A stretch of 64,000 nt of DNA from an uncultured Reyranella sp. (GTDB taxonomy: Bacteria > Pseudomonadota > Alphaproteobacteria > Reyranellales > Reyranellaceae): the NCBI GenBank assembly GCA_937915145.1, contig CALDNT010000059.1:3474-67473 (forward strand), given 5' to 3'. The notes below the pieces were generated by a model that did not search any database, was not told where the DNA came from, and worked only from the letters and a program-made list of their open reading frames with translations. This document shows positions 1 to 9,845 of this stretch, one piece after another. The position numbers were made by a program, and so were the translations under genes. The first letter of the stretch is position 1; each line of letters starts with the position of its first letter.

Positions 1-2
1 GC

Positions 3-632
3 TACCGCCTCGCCGGGAGAATTTTCATTGATGGCCTGCCCAGCCACATTGCGTTTGACGCGGAGTCGAAGACCGTTTTCGTGACGTTGCAGCAGAGCGG
101 CCGGCTTGCGGCATTCGACCTGCAGACGCAAACTTTGAAGTGGAACGTTCCCGTCGGCAACGCGCCGGCCGGTATCGTCATGCTGCCCGACAATAAACGT
201 TTGCTGGTGGCGCTGACCGGCGAGGACGGTATCGTCGTTGTCGACCCGAAGGATGGCGGCGTACAGAGCACGCTGCAGACCGGCAAGGGTGCACACAACT
301 TCTGGCCCCAGGGTGATGGTCGTCTCTACTTCCTGAGCAATCGCGTCGAGGGCACGATATCGTTGATCGACACGACTGAGATGAAGGTGGTCGGCAACGT
401 CCGCGTTCCGGGCGGCCCGGACTGTATGGCCATCACGCCGGACGGCAAGGAGCTGTGGGTGACGCAGCGTTTCCTGCGCCGGGTGGCGGTGATCGATATC
501 GAGCAGTTGCGGGTCGTCGCCAGCATCCCGGTGGGCAAATCCCCGCATGGCGTGTTCATGCTGCAGTCGGGAGCGGCGGGACCGGCGCGCGGGCCGGTGC
601 GCGCGGCGTCGACGGCGGAAGATCAGAAGTAA
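3..632 (+). CDS. YVTN-type beta-propeller repeat protein (5' end outside window)
   Basis: The frame is open from base 3 (YRLAGRIFIDGLPSHIAFDAESKTVFV precedes the listed GTG at 81). It shows repeated propeller-blade-like segments (PDNKRLLVAL, PDGKELWVT, GKSPHGV). Stop TAA at 630-632. Confidence 0.6.
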   Translation, partial: YRLAGRIFIDGLPSHIAFDAESKTVFVTLQQSGRLAAFDLQTQTLKWNVPVGNAPAGIVMLPDNKRLLVALTGEDGIVVVDPKDGGVQSTLQTGKGAHNFWPQGDGRLYFLSNRVEGTISLIDTTEMKVVGNVRVPGGPDCMAITPDGKELWVTQRFLRRVAVIDIEQLRVVASIPVGKSPHGVFMLQSGAAGPARGPVRAASTAEDQK

Positions 633-644
633 TTGGGCGCATCG

Positions 645-1619
645 ATGCGCGACCTTATTGATATCTGGGTCGGCCTCCAAACCTGGATCTTCGAGACCGC
701 CGTCGGCCCTGTCCTGTTCGAGTTCGGGCTGATGGCCTGGTACGAGCCGGGCTACAACGCCGTCGAGTTTGTCATGCTGGGTGTGGTCCAGATCGTGGTC
801 ATTGCCGTCGGTATGCGCTTCTTCGAACGGCGCTGGCCGCTGGAGAAATCCGGCAAGGACGACCGCCTGATCCTGGTCGACCAGATATATACGCTACTGA
901 ACAAGCTGGGCATCGTGCCGCTGGCGATCTTTGTCGTTACCTATCCGCTGGTCCAGGAGATCGAATTGGCGGTACGGGCCTGGGGTTTTGCGCCGCCACG
1001 GCTGGAGCGGATACTGCCATGGCTCGGTGACAATGCACTGGCCTCGTTTCTGCTCTACTTCGTTCTCTACGATTTTGCCGCCTACTGGCTGCATCGCGCG
1101 CAGCACGCATTCCCGTGGTGGTGGGCACTGCACAGCCTGCATCACAGCCAGCGCCGAATGACAGTGTGGACGGACGACCGCAATCACGTCGTTGACGATT
1201 TGCTGATCACCCTGGCGCTGGTCCTGTTCTCCCAACTCGTCGGTGTCCAGCCCGGCGAGTATGTCATCATCCTGATGATCGGCCGCCTCGTCGAGAGCTG
1301 GTCTCACGCCAACGTCGACATGAACTTCGGCTGGCTTGGCAATCGGCTGCTGGTCGGGCCGCGATTCCACAGGCTGCATCATGCGCTTGCGAGCCCTGAA
1401 GAGCGCCACATCCAAGATCACAACTTCGCACCGGTATTTCCGATTTGGGACATTCTGTTCGGAACCGCGATCTACGATACGCGAAACCGGCCGACGGGCG
1501 TGGCCGATCCGGCGGTCGACAACGACAACGACCGTGGCTGGATTGCCCAGCAGATCACTGTGTTCTGGCGTTTTGCACGAGCGCTGACACCAAAGATCAG
1601 GCGCGCGACAGCACTTTGA
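645..1619 (+). CDS. fatty acid hydroxylase / sterol desaturase family membrane protein
   Basis: Histidine boxes HRAQH, HSLHHS and HRLHH lie within a hydrophobic protein. ATG at 645 (MRDLID); a TTG at 633 directly after the upstream stop is an alternative start. Confidence 0.8.
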   Translation: MRDLIDIWVGLQTWIFETAVGPVLFEFGLMAWYEPGYNAVEFVMLGVVQIVVIAVGMRFFERRWPLEKSGKDDRLILVDQIYTLLNKLGIVPLAIFVVTYPLVQEIELAVRAWGFAPPRLERILPWLGDNALASFLLYFVLYDFAAYWLHRAQHAFPWWWALHSLHHSQRRMTVWTDDRNHVVDDLLITLALVLFSQLVGVQPGEYVIILMIGRLVESWSHANVDMNFGWLGNRLLVGPRFHRLHHALASPEERHIQDHNFAPVFPIWDILFGTAIYDTRNRPTGVADPAVDNDNDRGWIAQQITVFWRFARALTPKIRRATAL

Positions 1620-2526
1620 GGACATCGGCCGGTCGGGGTATGGCGGCGATGGCGCCATACCCCGTCGTCGACAGCGCGGCGGCGACATTGGCATAGCGTC
1701 CGGCGGATTGCAGTTCGTCGCCGGCCAGCAGGCGGGCCAGGAAGGCACCGTCGAACGTGTCGCCGGCACCGGTCGCGTCGACCGCCTGGACCTGATGGGC
1801 TGGCACACGGAAGCGTTTCTGCGGGGTGGCGAGCAGTGACCCCTCGGCCCCCATTTTCAGGGCCACCAATGGAGCGCCAAGTTCGAGATAGTAATCGACG
1901 ATGGCGTCGGGGGCGGAAAGCCCGGTGAGCTGCTGCGAATCATCAAGACTGGGGAGTGCCACATCGCAGCGGGCGATCGTGGCATCGATCGTTTGGCGGG
2001 CGGCCTCGAGGCCCCAGAGTCGGAGGCGGAGATTGGTGTCGTAGGAAACCTTCACACCGGACGCGCGAGCCGCGGTGATGGCGGCGTCGCAGGTCTGCCG
2101 GGCACTGTCACTGATCGCCTGACCGATGGCCGAGAGGTGAAGAAATCGCGCCCCGGCAATATAGTCCACGGGAAGCCCTTCCGGAGTCATCAGGGATGCT
2201 GCGGAGTTCTTGCGCAGATAATCGAACTTGTGGCCGGCTTCGCTGTGGGTGACGAAACTGACGCCGGTTGGGGCACTTGGGTGGCGGGTGACCCTCGAGG
2301 CATCGACGCCTTCCGACTTCCAAAGGGCGAGAAAGGCGTCGCCCATCCAGTCCGCACCGAGCCCCGTGATGTAGCCGCTCGGCACCCCCTGACGAGCGGC
2401 AGCTATCGCGACGTTCTGTGAATCGCCGCCAAAGCCCTGCAGCCAGGTTCGGCCGTCGCCTTCGCGCGGCCGGTTGAACTCGATCAGTGGTTCGCCGAGG
2501 CAGACGATGGCGGGAGAGGTTTTCAT
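1597..2526 (-). CDS. kdgK: PfkB-family sugar kinase, 2-dehydro-3-deoxygluconokinase-like
   Basis: N-terminus [18 protein letters not shown] and the C-terminal PfkB signature [18 protein letters not shown]. Start moved to the internal ATG (2526..2524). Divergent from a sugar-acid dehydratase. Confidence 0.7.
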   Translation of the reverse strand: MKTSPAIVCLGEPLIEFNRPREGDGRTWLQGFGGDSQNVAIAAARQGVPSGYITGLGADWMGDAFLALWKSEGVDASRVTRHPSAPTGVSFVTHSEAGHKFDYLRKNSAASLMTPEGLPVDYIAGARFLHLSAIGQAISDSARQTCDAAITAARASGVKVSYDTNLRLRLWGLEAARQTIDATIARCDVALPSLDDSQQLTGLSAPDAIVDYYLELGAPLVALKMGAEGSLLATPQKRFRVPAHQVQAVDATGAGDTFDGAFLARLLAGDELQSAGRYANVAAALSTTGYGAIAAIPRPADVLKVLSRA

Positions 2527-2627
2527 TTCAAACCATTTGTCACGGCACCGGGTCAACCTCAAGCGGGACACTGGACTTCCCGGGCTCGTTCTCCCAGGGT
2601 TGTCTCAACAAATCTGGAGAAAATCGG

Positions 2628-4442
2628 ATGGCCAAGAAGACAGGCGCCAACGCAAAAAATGATGGTACCGGCAAGCGCCGGCTGCGCAGCCGCGAATGGT
2701 TCGACGCCCCGGGCGATCCGACGATGGCAGCGCTGTATCTAGAACGCTACATGAACTTCGGCTTGACGCTTGCCGAGCTGCGCAGCGGCCGGCCGATCAT
2801 CGGGATCGCCCAGACCGGTAGCGACCTGTCGCCGTGCAACCGGCACCATCTTGATCTGGCGAGCCGTGTGCGCGACGGCATCCGTGACGCCGGCGGCATC
2901 CCCATCGAATTCCCGGTCCATCCGATCCAGGAAACCGGCAAGCGGCCGACCGCGGCGCTCGACCGCAATCTTGCCTACCTCAGTCTGGTCGAATGCCTAT
3001 ACGGCTATTTCTTCGACGGTGTCGTGCTGACCACGGGCTGCGATAAGACCACTCCCGCCATGATCATGGGAGCCGCTACGGTCAATATTCCGGCGATCGT
3101 GCTGTCGGGTGGTCCGATGCTGGACGGGCATTTTGCCGGCGGCCTTGCAGGTTCCGGCACCATCGTCTGGTATGCCCGCCAGGAGCTTGCGGCAGGCCGC
3201 ATCGACATGGAGAAATTCGTCGAGATGGTGGCTTCGAGCGCGCCCAGCGTCGGCCACTGCAACACCATGGGCACGGCGCTTTCGATGAACAGCATGGCCG
3301 AGGCACTCGGCATGTCGCTCACCGGCTGTGCGGCGATTCCCGGACCTTATAGGGAGCGTGGCCAGATTGCCTACGAGACCGGCAAACGCATCGTCGACAT
3401 GGTGTGGGAGGATTTGAAACCTTCGGACATTCTGACCCGCAAGGCTTTCGAGAACGCCATCGTCGCGGCGAGTGCGCTCGGCGCCTCGACCAATTGTCCG
3501 CCGCACATCAACGCGATTGCCCGGCATATCGGCGTTGAGCTGGTCAACGCCGACTGGGACAAGATCGGCTACGATATTCCTCTGCTCGTGAATTGCATGC
3601 CTGCCGGCAAGTATCTCGGCGAAGCGTTCCATCGCGCCGGCGGCGTGCCGACCGTCATGGCCGAACTTCTGGCCAGGAAGAAAATCCACGGCGACGCTCT
3701 TACCGTCACCGGCAGGACCATGGCGCAGAATCTCAACGGGGCAACGCCGGCCGATGGCGAGGTGATCAAGACCTACGACAAGCCGATGCTCGACACTGCT
3801 GGCTTCGCCGTCATGACCGGCAATATTTTCGACTCGGCGATCATGAAGACCTCGGTCATCTCGCCGGAGTTCCGCAAGAAGTACCTGGAGCGCAAGGGCG
3901 ACAAGGATGCCTTTGAAGGTATCGCAATCGTGTTCGAGGGGCCGGAGGATTATCACCACCGGATCAACGACCCCAAGCTGCCGATCGACGAAAACAGCAT
4001 CCTGTTCATCCGCAACGCCGGACCCGTTGGCTATCCGGGTGCGGCGGAAGTGGTGAACATGCTGCCGCCGGACCGGCTGGTAAAGGGTGGCGTGCTGCTG
4101 CTGCCCTGCGTCGGCGACGGCCGGCAAAGCGGGACGTCGGCCAGTCCGTCGATCCTGAATGCGTCGCCCGAGTCGGCGGTCGGCGGCGGACTTGCCCTTC
4201 TCAAGACAGGAGACAAGGTACGCATCGACATCGGCAAGCGTCGTGCCGACATTCTGATTTCGGATACCGAGTACGCCGAGCGCAAGGCGGCGTGGAAGCC
4301 CGACCTCAGGGAGAGCCAGACACCGTGGCAGGAGTTGCAGCGGAAATTCGTTGGCCAGCTCGCCAGTGGCGCTTGCCTGGATTTCGCCGTGAACTACCAG
4401 AAGATCGCGCAAACGAAGGGAGTGCCGAGGCACTCCCATTAG
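2628..4442 (+). CDS. IlvD/Edd-family dehydratase (sugar-acid dehydratase type, e.g. arabonate/xylonate)
   Basis: RSREWFD...[20 protein letters not shown]...[10 protein letters not shown]...GHCNTMGTA are IlvD/Edd hallmarks. ATG at 2628 is preceded by GGAGAAAA. The listed ORF start at 2487 overlaps the kdgK start region. Confidence 0.85.
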   Translation: MAKKTGANAKNDGTGKRRLRSREWFDAPGDPTMAALYLERYMNFGLTLAELRSGRPIIGIAQTGSDLSPCNRHHLDLASRVRDGIRDAGGIPIEFPVHPIQETGKRPTAALDRNLAYLSLVECLYGYFFDGVVLTTGCDKTTPAMIMGAATVNIPAIVLSGGPMLDGHFAGGLAGSGTIVWYARQELAAGRIDMEKFVEMVASSAPSVGHCNTMGTALSMNSMAEALGMSLTGCAAIPGPYRERGQIAYETGKRIVDMVWEDLKPSDILTRKAFENAIVAASALGASTNCPPHINAIARHIGVELVNADWDKIGYDIPLLVNCMPAGKYLGEAFHRAGGVPTVMAELLARKKIHGDALTVTGRTMAQNLNGATPADGEVIKTYDKPMLDTAGFAVMTGNIFDSAIMKTSVISPEFRKKYLERKGDKDAFEGIAIVFEGPEDYHHRINDPKLPIDENSILFIRNAGPVGYPGAAEVVNMLPPDRLVKGGVLLLPCVGDGRQSGTSASPSILNASPESAVGGGLALLKTGDKVRIDIGKRRADILISDTEYAERKAAWKPDLRESQTPWQELQRKFVGQLASGACLDFAVNYQKIAQTKGVPRHSH

Positions 4443-4450
4443 CGCCGCGG

Positions 4451-5068
4451 TCAGCGGAAAAGGCGCTGCTCGACGGTGACCGGCAGGTCGCCGCGATGGA
4501 CCAAAATGATCGCCCAAGGTGACGTGGGATGACCCACGGGCCCGCCTGCTGCCGGTGGCAGGTTGGTGATGGCAGGTGCGCTTGGCGCCGCGAAACCGGC
4601 CATGGCGCCGGGCCTGGCTGGCGGGGATGGGGGAGGGCTGGCGACCGGCCGCGGTGCCGTGCGCTGTGCCAGCATGATTTCAGGTGGCATGCGTTCCTCG
4701 AACACGACGACAACGCGGTTACGCCGCCAACTGGTCGACAGGACATTGACTGCGTATCCCTCGCCGGCACGACGGCCGAGGAAAATGCCGACCGCTCTCA
4801 TCCGGCCCTGCTCGAACATATCAGGCGCCGGAAGGCCGACCCGGCTCCACAGGCCACGCCATTCAGCCATCGTGCCGGCGATGACCTGCTCCGGTTGGCG
4901 GGTCATTGCAGTGACCCCGTGCCAGTGGCGGAATTCGACCGACTGAGCCATGGCCGTACCACCGCCAGTCGCGAGCAGCAGCACCGCGAGCAGCACACCA
5001 ACACGCACATCAAACGATGGCGCCATGGACCTCAATGCTTGGGATGCTGATTTACTGCTCAACCGCAC
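4451..5068 (-). CDS. hypothetical secreted protein with Pro/Ala-rich C-terminal half
   Basis: Signal-like segment VGVLLAVLLLATGGGTAMAQS followed by a low-complexity PRPVASPPPSPPARPG region. No family recognised. The start codon is uncertain. Confidence 0.45.
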   Translation of the reverse strand: MRLSSKSASQALRSMAPSFDVRVGVLLAVLLLATGGGTAMAQSVEFRHWHGVTAMTRQPEQVIAGTMAEWRGLWSRVGLPAPDMFEQGRMRAVGIFLGRRAGEGYAVNVLSTSWRRNRVVVVFEERMPPEIMLAQRTAPRPVASPPPSPPARPGAMAGFAAPSAPAITNLPPAAGGPVGHPTSPWAIILVHRGDLPVTVEQRLFR

Positions 5069-5255
5069 GACAGGATCTCATAGGGGACCCGGAATTGGAT
5101 AATTGGGATGAACAAATGACCACGACACTTTGGCTCAATTGAGGCCGGGCGTGGCTCGTCCGAACGGCCACTTGCATCAATCGTTCCCGCGTGTTGCATT
5201 CGGGCAACACATCCAGCCGACGTGATGCCCGCCTGCCAACATTGCTCGACAGGTC

Positions 5256-6134
5256 CTAGCTGCGTTTTGCCTTGTCGCTGGCGTTGGCCGACTGGATCTG
5301 CTCGCGGATGCGCTGCCAGTCGGCTTCACTGTAGGCCATCATACTGGAGAAGGTGCCGTTGCCCATGAGTCCCATGGCGCCGTCGATCGCGATCACCTCG
5401 CCGTTGATGTACTCGACCTCCTCGCTCATCAGGAAGGCGGCCATGTTGGCAAGTTCGCTTGGCCGCCCGACACGGCCCATCGGGTTGCGGGTGCTGTAGC
5501 GGTTGTCGTCATCTTCTTTCAGTGGATTGAGCCTGGCCCAGGCGCCTTCGGTGGGGAAGGGGCCGGGAGCGATGGCGTTGAGGCGAATTCCGTGGCGGGC
5601 CCATTCGACAGCGAGGCTCTGTGTCATGACGGCGACGCCGGCCTTTGACATGGCCGACGGCACGACGAAGGGGCTGCCGGTCCACACCCAGGTCGTCAGA
5701 ATGCTGAGCACGCTTGCCTTGCGCTTCTCGGCGATCCAGCGTTTGCCGCAGGCATTGGTCATGTAGAATGTGCCATGAAGGACGATGTTGGCGATCGCGT
5801 CGAAGGCGCGAGGACTGAGGTCCTTGGTCTGGGAAATGAAGTTGCCGGCGGCGTTGTTCACCAACCCATCGAGCGGCCCCGTGGCCCATATCCGTTCGAT
5901 CATTTCCTCGACGGCCGTGGCGACCCGGATATCGACGCTGTGAACGTCGACGCGGCGCCCGGGGTTCTTGGCCATGACCTGTGCGGCGGTCTCTTCAAGG
6001 ACACCGCCGCGGCGGCCGCAGATAACGCAATCGGCGCCCAGCTCGACGAACTTTTCCATCATCATCCGGCCGAGCCCTGTGCCGCCTCCAGTGACGAGGA
6101 AGCGCTTGCCTTTGAACAGATCGGGCTTGAACAT
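5256..6134 (-). CDS. SDR-family oxidoreductase (2,4-dienoyl-CoA reductase-like)
   Basis: MFKPDLFKGKRFLVTGGGTGLGR Rossmann motif and SDR core (NNAG, S...K). Start set at the internal ATG 6134..6132. Confidence 0.8.
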   Translation of the reverse strand: MFKPDLFKGKRFLVTGGGTGLGRMMMEKFVELGADCVICGRRGGVLEETAAQVMAKNPGRRVDVHSVDIRVATAVEEMIERIWATGPLDGLVNNAAGNFISQTKDLSPRAFDAIANIVLHGTFYMTNACGKRWIAEKRKASVLSILTTWVWTGSPFVVPSAMSKAGVAVMTQSLAVEWARHGIRLNAIAPGPFPTEGAWARLNPLKEDDDNRYSTRNPMGRVGRPSELANMAAFLMSEEVEYINGEVIAIDGAMGLMGNGTFSSMMAYSEADWQRIREQIQSANASDKAKRS

Positions 6135-6257
6135 CGAACGGCGCCTCCTTGTTGGCTGTGCGGTGTCGCCTAACGGGTCTCGATACTTTGTCACAAGGAC
6201 AGTTGCGTCCGCGCCCCGGGATGATAGGATTTCCGCATAACAACACGGGATCGTTGA

Positions 6258-6776
6258 ATGACGACCCACCAGGGGGAAGCGAGCGGGGACGCGGGTTCAG
6301 TTGAGCTGCGTGGTAAAGTAAAGTGGTTCAACGCGGTCAAAGGGTACGGATTTCTTGCCCTCGACATCGACAATAGCGACGCGTTCTTGCATGTGACGAC
6401 ACTTCGGCAAGCCGGGCATGAGGACATCAAGCCCGGTGCGACTGTCGTTTGCGCCGGTGTCCGTGGCCCCAAGGGCTGGCAGGTCATGAAGGTGCTCGAG
6501 GTCGATTCGTCGACGGCAGTCGCCGTGCCGCCCAAGCCGCCGCCGATACCGGACGGCGTTGCGATGGGAGAATACATCGTGGCGCTGGTCAAATGGTACA
6601 ACAACGAACGTGGCTATGGCTTTGTCACCCGCGAAGCCACCGATGGCGATATCTTTGTCCACGCCGCCGTTTTGCGCCGCCATGGACTCGAATCCCTCGT
6701 GCTGGGCCAGAAGGTGATGATCCGCATCGGCGAAGGCGAGAAGGGCCTTCAGGTCATCGAGATCAGGGCCGCCTGA
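6258..6776 (+). CDS. cold-shock protein with two cold-shock domains
   Basis: Two CSD/RNP-1-like units: [16 protein letters not shown]...DAFLHV and [16 protein letters not shown]...DIFVHA. Confidence 0.85.
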   Translation: MTTHQGEASGDAGSVELRGKVKWFNAVKGYGFLALDIDNSDAFLHVTTLRQAGHEDIKPGATVVCAGVRGPKGWQVMKVLEVDSSTAVAVPPKPPPIPDGVAMGEYIVALVKWYNNERGYGFVTREATDGDIFVHAAVLRRHGLESLVLGQKVMIRIGEGEKGLQVIEIRAA

Positions 6777-6783
6777 ACCCGAT

Positions 6784-7725
6784 TCACCGGACGTCGCGCA
6801 GGTAACTGTCCGCTGCCGGCGCCTGCTTTATCAGTCCGCGCTTCACCAGGAACGCCGCGAAGGCGTCATAGCGCGCCCGGTCGAGCGCCGCCGGGTCGTT
6901 TGCCAGCAGGGGCACCGTGTCCCGCCACGCCATCCGGTTGAGGTCGTTGTCGAGTTCCTTGCCATACTTTGAGAAAATGGCCCAGGCCTCGGACGAGTTG
7001 GCCTTGAGCCATGCCGTAGCTTCCGTGATAGCAGCGAGAAACTTCTTGGTCCGTGCAGCATCGTGCGTTTCGCGTTTGGCGACCAGAATGAGTTCGTCGT
7101 AGACCGGCACGCCGTTCTCCTCGACCAGCCAGAGACGACCCTTGGCCTTGTTCAGTTCAAGGTCGTTCAGTTCGAAATTGCGGAAGGCGCCGATCACGCC
7201 ATCGACCTGCCGGCTCATCAGGGCGGTGGTGAGGGCGAAGTTGATGTTGATGAGGGTGACGTCCTTGAGCGTGAGGTCGGCGCTTTCGAGGATCGCGCCC
7301 AGCAGTGCTTCGTCGAAGCCCGCGATCGAATAGCCGATCTTGCGCCCTTTGAAGTCGGCGATGGATTTGATCGGTCCGTCATCGAGGGCGACCAGCGCAT
7401 TGAGCGGCTGGGCAACGAGGACACCGACCCTTACCAGGGGCAGCCCTTCGGCCACCAGCATCTGCAGCGTCGGCTGGTATGACACGGCATAGTCGGCCTG
7501 GCCCGCCGCCACCAGCTTGGGCGGCGCATTGGGATCGGCCGGCGCGATCAGCTCGACGTCGAGGCCGTGCTTGGCAAAGAAGCCCTTCTGCTTGGCGATG
7601 ACCAGCGCGGCATGGTCGGGGTTCACGAACCAATCGAGCAGGACTCGGACCTTGTCCTGCGCGGCGGCCGGCAAAGCCGTGCACGCAATCGTCAACGCCA
7701 TCATCGCCTGAACCAGTAGACGCAT
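6784..7725 (-). CDS. ABC transporter substrate-binding protein, NMT1/THI5-like (ThiY-like pyrimidine-precursor binding protein)
   Basis: Signal peptide MRLLVQAMMALTIACTALPAAAQ followed by an NMT1/THI5-like SBP body. Last gene of the TPP-riboswitch-controlled operon. Start re-set to ATG 7725..7723, because the listed 481-aa ORF runs into the permease gene. Confidence 0.8.
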   Translation of the reverse strand: MRLLVQAMMALTIACTALPAAAQDKVRVLLDWFVNPDHAALVIAKQKGFFAKHGLDVELIAPADPNAPPKLVAAGQADYAVSYQPTLQMLVAEGLPLVRVGVLVAQPLNALVALDDGPIKSIADFKGRKIGYSIAGFDEALLGAILESADLTLKDVTLININFALTTALMSRQVDGVIGAFRNFELNDLELNKAKGRLWLVEENGVPVYDELILVAKRETHDAARTKKFLAAITEATAWLKANSSEAWAIFSKYGKELDNDLNRMAWRDTVPLLANDPAALDRARYDAFAAFLVKRGLIKQAPAADSYLRDVR

Positions 7726-7727
7726 CG

Positions 7728-8465
7728 TCAGTCTCCTTGAGAAATTTGCCACGGCACCAGGCGGCGGGCAGCCCAGTCCGTTGAGTAGTAGAGAGCGAGG
7801 CCGAGCAGGCAGAGCAGGAAGAGAGCAGCGAAGGCCAGCGGCGTCTGTCCGCGCGCCAATGCCTGGGTCATCAGATAGCCGAGCCCGGCGCTTGCGCCGA
7901 CCCATTCGCCGATCACCGCGCCAATCGGCGCCACGGCCGCCGCGATGCGCGCCCCGGAAGCGAAGGCGGGAAGGGCCGCGGGCAGCCGAATCTGGAAGAG
8001 CATCGCGGGCGAGCCTGCATCCATCGTGCGCGCGAGATCGAGCCAGCCCGGATCGGTCCGGCGCAGGCCATCGTAAAGAGTGCTGACGACCGGGAAAAAG
8101 ATCACCAGCGCTGCCATCGCGACCTTGGAGGCCATGCCGTAACCCAGCCACAACACGAGCAGGGGCGCGATGGCGATCACCGGCACCGCCTGTGAGACGA
8201 TGACGAGCGGCAGGGCCCAACGGCGCCATCCCGCCGACACGGCAAACACCACGGCCAGGCCCGCCCCGAGCGTCAAGCCGAGGACGAGCCCGAGTGTCAT
8301 CTCGGCCGCAGTCCAGAAGCCCTGTTCGATCAGCAGGTCGAAGCGCTCGGCCAGCACCACCGCGACGCGTGACGGCGGCGGCAGGATGTAGGGCGGCACG
8401 CCGGTCAGCCAGGTCAAAACCTCCCAGGCGGCGAGCAATCCGAGCGCGGTGATCAACGGTCTCAC
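7728..8465 (-). CDS. ABC transporter permease (nitrate/sulfonate/taurine-type, ThiX-like)
   Basis: Polytopic hydrophobic protein of the BPD-transporter type. It overlaps the ATPase stop by 4 nt. Confidence 0.8.
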   Translation of the reverse strand: MRPLITALGLLAAWEVLTWLTGVPPYILPPPSRVAVVLAERFDLLIEQGFWTAAEMTLGLVLGLTLGAGLAVVFAVSAGWRRWALPLVIVSQAVPVIAIAPLLVLWLGYGMASKVAMAALVIFFPVVSTLYDGLRRTDPGWLDLARTMDAGSPAMLFQIRLPAALPAFASGARIAAAVAPIGAVIGEWVGASAGLGYLMTQALARGQTPLAFAALFLLCLLGLALYYSTDWAARRLVPWQISQGD

Positions 8466-9181
8466 GCCACGCTCCGGAGCTCGGAAATCAACCGCGCCTG
8501 CAAGGCGAGCAGCGCCGGGTCGGCTGGATCGCGCGGTATCGGCCCCGGCGGCTCGAGGATCGGCCCCGCCGCGAGAGGTGTTCCCGACAGAACGCGGATC
8601 TGATCGCCGATGCGGAGTGCTTCCAGGGGATCGTGGGTTACCAGCACCACTGTCCGGCCGGCGAGCAGTCGTGCGGCAAGGTCCTGCAGTTCCAGGCGCG
8701 TCACCGCATCGAGGTGGGCAAAAGGCTCATCCATCAGGACAACGACGCGGTCCTCGCAAAGAGTGCGGGCAAGCGCCACGCGCTGGCGCATGCCTCCGGA
8801 CAGGGCACCGGGTCGGTCCGTCAGACGATCGCCGAGTCCTACCTCTGCAAGCAAAGCGCGCGCCCGGGGTTCGGCGGCCCGCAACGCTTCTCGGTCGTGG
8901 CGCAGGCGATAACCCAGCATCACGTTGCCGAGCACATCCAGCCACGGCAGCAGCAGGTCGCGTTGCGCCATATAGGCTACGGGGTGTGCACGCTCGGTGT
9001 CGGGCAACAGACCCGCCAGCCAGCGCAGCAGTGAGGTCTTGCCGACACCGCTGCGTCCCAGCAGGCAGGTCGTCCGGCCTGCGGGAAATTCGAGGGTGAG
9101 CTTGTCGGCCACCACGCGATCGCCGAAGGCGATGCGCGCGTTGCGCACGATAAGGGAAGGGGAGGTCGTCACAGAATTCAC
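8462..9181 (-). CDS. ABC transporter ATP-binding protein (ThiZ-like)
   Basis: Walker A GRSGVGKTS, signature LSGGMRQRVALART and Walker B VVLMDEP. GTG start directly abuts the 3' end of the TPP aptamer. Confidence 0.85.
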   Translation of the reverse strand: MNSVTTSPSLIVRNARIAFGDRVVADKLTLEFPAGRTTCLLGRSGVGKTSLLRWLAGLLPDTERAHPVAYMAQRDLLLPWLDVLGNVMLGYRLRHDREALRAAEPRARALLAEVGLGDRLTDRPGALSGGMRQRVALARTLCEDRVVVLMDEPFAHLDAVTRLELQDLAARLLAGRTVVLVTHDPLEALRIGDQIRVLSGTPLAAGPILEPPGPIPRDPADPALLALQARLISELRSVA

Positions 9182-9262
9182 CAGTCCCTACGCCGGCATT
9201 AACCGGATCAGGTTCCCGGGGTCGTTCTTGCGAACCTCTCAGCCGCGGCGCGGCTCCCCCCG
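9182..9262 (-). promoter_or_regulatory. TPP (THI-box) riboswitch
   Basis: The minus strand reads GGGGAGCCGCGCCGCGGCUGAGAGGUUCGCAAGAACGACCCCGGGAACCUGAUCCGGUUAAUGCCGGCGUAGGGACUGG. It contains the invariant CUGAGA, ACC-N-GAACCUGAUCCGGUUAAUGCCGGCGUAGGGA core, immediately 5' of the transporter operon. Confidence 0.9.
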
Positions 9263-9293
9263 ATGATTGGCCTGCACTATGAGAACAGACCCA

Positions 9294-9842
9294 ATGTCAC
9301 GCAAGCGTCTTCAGTTTGACGAAATCGGCCTGCAGGCTCTATCCATGGGCATGGCTTTCGCAGGGTTCAATCGACGGCTCGGCCGCCGTATCTTTTTTGC
9401 GGCCCCCTTTGTCCTGGTGGCCGGCGCCGCTGCCGGGCAGGGTGCCGACGTCAAGTTCAGGCGCTCGTCTCTGGTCATCGATAGCGCCGGGCGAGAGCTC
9501 AAGTTCGAGGTCGATATGGCCACGAACGACGCCGAGCGCTCGCACGGCCTGATGTTTCGCAAGAGCCTTGGGCCCTATGAAGGCATGCTGTTCGACTTTT
9601 ATCGAGAGCAGCCGGTCAGCTTCTGGATGAAAAACACGCTGATCCCGCTCGACATGATCTTCATCGCAGCCGATGGCACGGTCCGGCACGTTCATTCGAA
9701 CGCCGTGCCATTGTCGACCGAAGCGATCCCCAGCACGGCCCCGGTGCGCGGCGTACTCGAGATCAATGGCGGCAGTGCCAAGCTGCTCGGCGTCAAGCCG
9801 GGCGACAAGGTCCGGCACGAGATCTTCGGCAACGCGAAATAG
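9294..9842 (+). CDS. DUF192 domain-containing protein
   Basis: HGLMFR...GMLFDF...FWMKNTLIPLDMIF...VLEINGG is the DUF192 pattern. The start is ambiguous: ATG at 9294 or ATG at 9345, which precedes the hydrophobic segment. Confidence 0.7.
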   Translation: MSRKRLQFDEIGLQALSMGMAFAGFNRRLGRRIFFAAPFVLVAGAAAGQGADVKFRRSSLVIDSAGRELKFEVDMATNDAERSHGLMFRKSLGPYEGMLFDFYREQPVSFWMKNTLIPLDMIFIAADGTVRHVHSNAVPLSTEAIPSTAPVRGVLEINGGSAKLLGVKPGDKVRHEIFGNAK

Positions 9843-9845
9843 CCA

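Noticed and set aside
2997-4517. 506-aa minus-strand ORF opposite the IlvD/Edd dehydratase. Similar long antisense ORFs occur at 38810..40828 (opposite valS), 17245..19026, 18882..20411, 26258..27880, 10574..11791, 31964..33268 and 57708..58913.
   Set aside because: Their translations are Arg/Gly/Ala/His-rich low-complexity strings with no family motifs. Each lies opposite a gene with clear conserved motifs, so they are typical shadow ORFs of GC-rich DNA.
5170-5215. Inverted repeat GTGTTGC-ATTCGG-GCAACAC downstream of the SDR gene, as a possible terminator.
   Set aside because: The 7-bp stem has no following T-run on the transcribed (minus) strand, so the evidence for function is weak.
7726-8229. 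Upstream extension of the substrate-binding-protein ORF (listed as 481 aa).
   Set aside because: It overlaps the permease gene in another frame. A canonical signal peptide begins at the internal ATG 7725.
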